From: Octopus vulgaris
Lineage: Eukaryota
Assembly (NCBI GenBank): GCA_951406725.2
Contig: OX597817.1
Span: 105,772,001-105,836,000 of the forward strand
Reading direction: 5' to 3'
DNA length: 64,000 bases
Each line of letters opens with the position of its first letter. Position 1 is the first letter of the stretch. The position numbers and the translations under genes are program-made. This document shows, piece by piece, positions 55,563-64,000 of the stretch. Below the pieces are notes generated by a model. That model worked only from the letters and a program-made list of their open reading frames with translations. It searched no databases and was not told the origin of the DNA.

Positions 55563-56850
55563 CACACACAGAAAGAGAGAGAGGGGAAAGAGAGAGAGGG
55601 GAAAGAGAGAGAGAAAAAGTGAGAGGAAGAAATATAGAAAGAGACAGCAGACAGAGACAATGATAAAGTGATAGTGATAGTTGAGGGGGGAGAGAAACGA
55701 ACATCTCATGCACACAGACACAGGCACATACACACACACTCACATGCGTATGTGTATGTAAAGAGAGAAAGAAATGTCCACACACACGTCCATTTATTTT
55801 TGCTTTAGTACACAGTCACATACATGTGCGTACGTACATACAATAAGAGAAAGAAAGGAGAAAGAGAGAGTGGGAAGAAGAAAAAAGAAAGAGAGCGCTA
55901 AATGTTCTGTAGTTTAAAATATGCTAACACCCTCAATAATTTAATAAATGTAGTCTGGTCGTTGATGAATATCTAATGACTCATATAGAACATTAGTGAA
56001 AAATAATTTCCAACGTGCTATTTATTCAACGTTCCTATTTTGAGCATTAATAAAAGCAAATCAGCACTAACTCACTTTTCTGCTATTCGATGAAGATTAG
56101 TGAGATACATCAAATCAGGTGTTTTAATTCCTCGTCGTCAGTGTTTTACTCTCATGGCAATTTGTTCGTAGACAAATTAAATTCATCACTAGTTAAATGT
56201 AGAAAGAAAAATCTTTCACATTACTGCTAATTTTCTTTAACTATCATTGAACGTTTTCTTAAAATGGATAAGATATTGATTTATTTTTCTATATTATTAA
56301 AGCATTCAAAAAAACACAAAATCATGTAACGAACATGGTTTAAAATCGTTTCGGGTGTCTTTCAAAGCTAAACTCCTTTGAAAGTTCTCCTAGCCCAAAA
56401 AGTCTAGAGTATTGTAATGTAAAGAAAGAAATCAATATTTCTAAATAAACAACATGATAATCATCACAGAGTTTTGTAGTTTCATTAACACCCACTCACT
56501 CCAATCCGAATTGGCTTCAGCGTCGTTCTACAATGGAAAAGAAATGAATTGAGTGTGCACTTGAGTACGTACATGGCTATCTTTTCACTCAGTCCTTTTA
56601 ATATGTGTGTGTGAATGTTTTCACACACACACACATATATGCGAGTGCATATATGTGTGTGTGTATACGTATATATATATATATATGTGTGTGTCTATGT
56701 GTATATATACATTGTATATATATATGTGTGTGTATATATATACATATAAATATATAGATATATATATATATACACATATAAATATACATACATATATGTG
56801 TGTGTGTGTGTATACGTATGTATATATGCATGTGCATGTATATACGTATG

Positions 56851-56914
<64 letters not shown>

Positions 56915-56919
56915 AATAA

Positions 56920-56952
<33 letters not shown>

Positions 56953-59803
56953 TAGATAGATAAATATATAGATATGTGTGTCTTGATGGGGAGATGTACA
57001 CATATCTGTGCAAACACACACACACATACATACTACACTTACACACCGGTGAACACATGAAAATGTCATATGATGAGTAACCTAATAACATTTTGATAAA
57101 ATATAATGGTCTAATGCATTGTCATTTTCGCAGAATATGTTATATAGCCAAATTTGATGTAATATGGTGAATCGATCATTTAGCTTGGTCCCTATAATTC
57201 CTTGACTAAACTTCAAAGCAAATATTCCATAAATTCACTATCGTTGTTAATATATTCTATAGATACGATCAGTTGTATTTTAACACAACTTTTGTTTCTA
57301 TAGAATTCTTCTATTATTTATCTTCTCGATACCATAAAAAAAGCTATTATTTTATATAAACCACCATAATTTCACAAAGTCTAGTAAAGGCTAAAATGGA
57401 ATGCTTTTGTGTTTAATTTTACATAGAACCTTTCAGGTTGAATGGCAGGGAATATAACCCGTCTTTTACTAATATGAGACCTTGAATAGTGTAAATGATG
57501 TAAAAGTCACGTAATACATCACTAAATAATTTGAATGACAACTTATCTATTTTATAACTTAGCGAGAACATAGCTTAGAGATATGTCTGCTCACTAAAAT
57601 CGATAACATGTTCATGATAACTTCATATAATTCAGAAAGATAATGCACAGTGAAGAATAGAGGTGTGAAAGCTTTGTAAAATTAATAATAGATATAAGAG
57701 AAAACCACAGTGTTTGCAGCCATTTTGAAAAATGGAAATGACAGAGGTTGTCGGATATATATTAATAAGGAATGTAGTATATCGCAGTAAAATTCTTTCA
57801 GAAGAACTGTATCGAGCCAACGAATTAATAGAAAGAAAAGACAGAGAAGACAGGGAGGGAGAAAGGAGAGGGAAGAAACAGAAAAAGAAAGATAAAAATG
57901 TGAATCTAACAATATGCAACGGAACTAATCAAGTTATTGTGATGTTATTGTTTTACATATACACAGAGAAAACAGGTCAAATTTTATTGTGAAACAAAAA
58001 CAAGATCTAAATATTTTCTTTTTACAAAGGCTTACAACAACAGTTAAATATCTTCACTATGTAATTGAAATAATAAATATGAGGAGATCAAATTACCGAC
58101 GAAACAGAAATCTTATCACAAACATAACAAACCCCGCTCTTATTTTGATTTTCTTAATTTTAATAAAGTCAATGATTAGGCGATGGATTGGCAGAACAAT
58201 TAGATCATTGGACAAAAAATATTCTGCAGTATTTTATTCTGATCCTCTTTCAGGGGTCGATAAAATAAAGTACTAGTCAAATACTAGGTCAATTTAATCG
58301 GCTGATACTGGTGTATCTAAGCTTTCTTCAAACAAGAGACTATGGCTGAGGATTCTAAACGAATCTTGTATGATTATTACTTGAGCTCTCGAGGAGGACA
58401 AGGGGACAAACCCTAACGACCCACAGTATTCCTGTGAAGAACAACAACCTCTGGTATGTACTAAATTTCAAAACCATTACAATAATAGAACACTTCCACG
58501 AAATATCTTGTAACTGACGGAACATGTGGTCCGTGCGAGTCGACAGGTAAAAGAAGAAAGATAAGATTTGTTTTTTAGATTTTAAAATAGTTTGCTATCT
58601 CACCGAAATTCATTTAAATCAACATTATCGTTATTTTTAACAAAGGAATCTTACAAATATTTGGACACATCAACAGCTGTACATTTTTATAGTTTGCGAT
58701 ACTAAAGTAAACCAAACATTTATATGGGAGATGTAGAAGAGTTGTAATGGCCAAATAGATTAAGCATAAACCTCTTGGCTCGATTAATAAAATTCCTATA
58801 AATAAAACTCCATCAGCGAGACATTTAAACTTCGTTGGCTCCGTTAATAGAAAATATACGTTTGACAACGCTACAACATAGCAGGTTAATAATGTGGCCG
58901 TTTTATACTATATCATATAATATAATGTTTATAATATTGGTTTCATATTGAGTCCAGCAATCGATTATATCGATCCCAGGTACTTATTTTATCGACCCTG
59001 AAAGGATGAAAGGCAAAGCTGACCGCGGCGGAATTTGACTTCAGAACGTAAAGACGGACGAAATGCTTCTAGCATTTTATCCGGTTTGTCAACGAGCCTG
59101 CCAGCTCGCCGCCTTTGAGTCTTTACAATATTGCCGCTTAATAACTGCAGTAAAGGATTGCTGTCTATTTTATCGACTCTACAATGATGTGAGTCAACGT
59201 CGACTACAGCAGAATATGAACTCAGAACATAGAAGGACGAAACTACGAGTATTTAATTGGCTTTCTTTTCACGATTTAACTAATGGAAAATTTGATAGTA
59301 AAGGAAAATGGATATGAAGGATCGTTGATATTGTTTAACCCCAAGTAAGCCTCGATAAGGAAACCTATGCTCGAAATCATTCTGACTGTGACTATCCCAA
59401 CTTTTCAGGATATCTAGGATTGTATTATCTTCATTTATCTTCATAGATAAAATTTATGGAATATATCGCTGCGATCTTTAGCAGGTCAAGCGACTACCTA
59501 GAAGTTCCTCCACTAGCTTAGTCATCTATTGTATGTAACTTTGGTGAAGTTTCCACGTCAGAGTCAATATCTGGTTTTAACATGCCTTCAACTTTAAGCA
59601 GAGGAGGTTGTTGAAATATTTTCCATGGTATTTTTTTGCACTGCATCTTAAAAGATTAATTACAGTTATCTAATTAATTATTCTAATCTCAATATCAGAT
59701 ATAGAGATCATTAGAATAATATTTTTTCTTTAAGCAGACACAGAAGATATAGAAATGATGACATTGATAAGTGTCTTAGGTTTTAAAATGTACTTATTGT
59801 TAG

Positions 59804-59883
<80 letters not shown>

Positions 59884-60099
59884 CCTTTCTACTATAGGCA
59901 CAGAGCCTGAAATTTTGGATGGTGGGGGTGGATAGTCGAATGCATCGACTCCAGTACTCAACTGCTACTTATTTTATCGAACTCCGAAAGGATGAAAGGC
60001 AAAGTCGACATCGGCGGAATTTGAACTCAGAACGTAGCGACGGGTGAAATACCGCTAAGCATTTTTCCCGGCGTGCTAACGATTCTGCTAACTCACTGT

Positions 60100-60636
60100 C
60101 CGCACGCATAGTGCGTAAAGTACTGTCTGCCTAAGGTCCTTGTTGTGACCTGACAAACAGTACAACCCCCCCACCCACCCGATAGACACAATATCTTCAA
60201 TGTCGTATACTGTGCGACGTCTATAATAATAATAAGCTAGTATAAAGATCTTGAAATAGAAATTGGCAAAATGTGGAACCTCAAGATTAAAACAATACCT
60301 GTTGTCATAGGTGCCTTAGGAATGATAGCAAAAGGGGCTGATTGCTACCTAACTCAGATACCAGGAAACCCCAAAATGGCAGAAATTAAAAAATTAGTGC
60401 TCATTGGAACTGCCCATATCCTACATAAAATACTGTATATGTAATCTCAAATTTTAAAACAAACTCATTATTTTCTTATGTTGTCTTAAACATTCTGTAG
60501 AACAATACTATGTGCAAAACCAAATATATGACACCCTAGGCATAACACCAACATGAACTTCTAACTTGTTGTCTCTTGAGGTCTCGGGGTGAAACTTGGA
60601 GCCAACTTGTACGAATACAAAGCAAAAGTCAAACAT

Positions 60637-60667
<31 letters not shown>

Positions 60668-60690
60668 TAAAAATAATAATAATAATAATG

Positions 60691-60740
<50 letters not shown>
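60100..60740 (+). mobile_element. Two stacked R4/Dong LINE 3' ends with TAA tails
   Basis: 60100-60234 matches the 3' UTR of the 29.6-31.5 kb LINE. 60240-60444 encodes YKDLEIEIGKMWNLKIKTIPVVIGALG..GTAHILHKIL. Confidence 0.85.
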
Positions 60741-60744
<4 letters not shown>

Positions 60745-61744
60745 TAATCACTTCTACTATAGGTACAAGGCCTGGAGTTTGTGAAAAGGAGGATAGTCGA
60801 TCACATCGACCCCAGTAGGTGACTGGTACTTAATTTATCGACAGGAAAGGATGAAAGGCAAAGTGGGCATTTGAACTCAGAACGTAAGCATCGGACGAAA
60901 TGTCGTTAAGCATTGCATCCGGCGTGCTAACGATTTCGCCAGCTCGCTGCCTTCTAATAACAATAATAATAATAAAATAATAATGATGATGACGATGATG
61001 ATGATGATAATTTTACCCCAGTATCACTTTGATGGCATGCACTGCTCTCTCACTCAATGATAATCATAATCGACTACACCCTCTCGTCAAACCTTGTGAT
61101 CGATGAATTAAAATGCCACTGAAGTACTGTCACCGGTGGTTATCGACTAACACCCTTTGCCTTGTACCTATGATAGAAACCATTACTATCATATACATTC
61201 GATTGAAAAAGACTGGTTTATTCATAAACTATAGAAAGGGGAACTATATGTAAACACTGTGTCGAAACAAATTATATATTTCATGGAAAAAAAAGAACCA
61301 AAACAGGATATCAAACTCTGTGAAGTTGTATTTCTTCAATTTTACTTTAATATTTGTGTAATAACAAGCAAAAACTCTGCTCTCTAGGTAGGTGTTTCTG
61401 TCTAAAACAAAGTTTGATGTTCTGCAGTCATTGGTCAATTGTAAACACAACAATGCCAATGATTGTATATCAGGAACTATTTTGTTTAGTAAGCGTCTTT
61501 ATTTTAGGATAGGATTTGTCTGTGTTTGGGTTGCTGATTTCAGTAGATTGAACAACCACTGAATTTTTGCATGTATTACCAAGTCCTGACATGTCTGACG
61601 ATACGTTTTGGTGTTGAGAAGTTTGTCATACATACAAAGTGGTTGTTCTATGATGCAAATATAGAGATTTCAGGTAAGTCCGAAATATGTAAACGGAAGG
61701 CTTAAATTTGTATAAAAAAAAACAAAACAAATTTATTATATTTC

Positions 61745-61959
61745 TTTTATTCTTTTACTTTTACTTGTTTCAGTCATTTGAAGCACCGCCTTAAAGGATT
61801 TCAGTCGAAGAAATCGAAGCCGGGATTAATCATTTGTAAGCCTAACACATTCTATCAGGTCATTTTTGCCGAATCGCCAAGTTACGGGGACGTAAACACA
61901 CCAACATCAGTTGTTAAGCGATAGTGGCGGAACAAACACAGACGCAAAGACACACACAC

Positions 61960-62052
<93 letters not shown>

Positions 62053-62620
62053 CATACATACATGCATACATTGACAGGTTTCTTTCAGTTTCCGTCAACC
62101 AAATCCACTCACAAGGCTTTGGTCGACCCGAGGCTATAGTAGAAGACACTTGCCAAAGGTGCCACGCAGTGGGGCTGAACATACATACGTACGAGAGGCT
62201 TCTTTCAGTTTCGGGCTATCAAATCCACTCACAAGGCTTCGATCGGCCCAAGACTAGGAGATGACACTTGCCCAAGCTGCCACGCAGTTCGACTGAACTC
62301 AGAACTATATGATTGGGAAACAAACTTCTTACACACACACCATACACACAAACACATGTCTGTATATGTGTGTGTATGGGTGTGTGTGTGTGTGTCCGTG
62401 TCTCTGTGCTTGTCCCCCACCCACTGATTGACAACCGGTGTTGTTTTGTTTACATCCCTGTAACTCAACTGTTCGGCAAAAGAGACCAATAGATTAAGTA
62501 CCAAGCTTTAAAATTAACTCATGCGATCAATTCGTTCGACTAAACCCCTTCAAGGCGATGCTCCAGTATGGCAGCAGTCCAAAGAGTAAAACAAGTAAAA
62601 GATAAAACATAAAAGATGAG
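61745..62620. mobile_element. Cluster of CORE-type SINE copies in opposite orientations
   Basis: Minus copy 61745-62180, second minus head 62190-62345, plus 3' half 62390-62620. Confidence 0.8.
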
Positions 62621-63293
62621 ATAACGTATGTTTTAAGGTTTCCATTGGCTACGTTTAGAACACCTGGTATATCTTAAAGTGTTGTATGTAACAAACCAGG
62701 AAAGATAATTTATCATATAAAGTTAGAAGCTAAGGTACCGGTTATATAATTATAATTGTATACATGGGGAACAGCGTTCTGAGTATTGAGAAAACGTAAA
62801 TTCCTAAGTTTCACTAGTTATCAGAATACACAATTGCTGATTACAAACCACAAGTGATCTCATTTGGAGTGAACGTAAAAAAAGAAAAAGCTTTGATCTC
62901 TCTTGACAACAGTTATATAGACTTATATAGATTGGCTGAATGTCTGAACGTGAGTTGACTGTTTTATAATTATAAACAACACTCTAGTTGTCTGCTATGT
63001 AACTTTTCCAGATTTAAATATAGTACTGTCATGCCATTATCAATTAATTGACATCTCAGTCAATCGTTAGTATTTATCAGTAATCAAATATTCGTAATTG
63101 ATGTGCAAATTCTCGAATGATTCAAATTAGGCTTGGTTCTTGGAACAGAATAACAACAGAGAACCAAGAGACAGTTAATGTATGTATTGTTATCGCAGAA
63201 ATACAACAATACATACATTAAGAGCTCTGCAACAAATGGCTTTTCACATGTTATAGAGGAAGACAAGTATTGATATATGATATCATGCTGTAG

Positions 63294-63332
<39 letters not shown>

Positions 63333-63430
63333 CACACATTTTATAAGAGACAGGCATGCATGTACATGTTATGATAAAGACTTACGTAGAAATGCACTTG
63401 CTATAAGACCGGCACACAAACACACAGACG

Positions 63431-63499
<69 letters not shown>

Positions 63500-63838
63500 G
63501 TGCGCACGAACGCAGGTTCTTACTGTAGGGAAGAATCGATATGTATACTTTGCACTTACATATTATAATAGCTGTGACAAATCAATATGTACACATAAGA
63601 TGATTTATATGCGTCAGTGTGTGTGTGTGTATAAGTATGTATGTATGTACGTATATATACGTATATATATGTATGTATATATATATATATATATACATAT
63701 ATATATTTATATATACGTATATATACGTACATATGTATATATATATATACATGTTTATGTTTGTGTGTATAAGTATGTACGTATATATGTGTATATATAT
63801 ATATACATGTATGTATACACACACACACACACATATAT

Positions 63839-63871
<33 letters not shown>

Positions 63872-64000
63872 GTCTTTGTGTGTTTGTGTGTATGTGTATA
63901 TATCGGTGTGCACATGTGTATGTGTGTATATATACGTATATACATGTATGCGTATATATGTGTATATAAATGTGTGTATGTATGTATGCATACATGTATG

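Noticed and set aside
52745-58452. Shared 18-mer tgaagaacaacaacctct at ~52745 and ~58435
   Set aside because: Low complexity and no extension of similarity; could be chance.

Overview
AT-rich, microsatellite-saturated eukaryotic DNA. The two dominant tRNA-derived SINE families, R4/Dong LINEs in TAA tracts and Penelope remnants point to a cephalopod genome, most likely Octopus (inferred from repeat content). Nearly all ORFs in the supplied track are microsatellite or transposon read-through. Recognisable mobile elements: R4/Dong and RTE LINE fragments, Tc1, maT, mariner and Tigger relics, a Helitron helicase relic, an intact non-autonomous Helitron, and Penelope-type minimal hammerhead ribozymes. 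Between the repeats, on the minus strand, is what looks like a tandem family of small, fast-diverging multi-exon genes. One apparently intact member (exons 49052-48882, 47954-47907, 45991-45744) gives a basic ~140-aa protein I do not recognise. Four more diverged or pseudogenised units lie at ~0.7-1.4, 11.8-12.8, 19.3-21.0 and 27.5-37.3 kb. Upstream is a ~1.5-kb degenerate palindrome (53.8-55.3 kb) that looks like an inverted duplication of a promoter and first exon. All homology calls come from alignment by eye and need computational confirmation.
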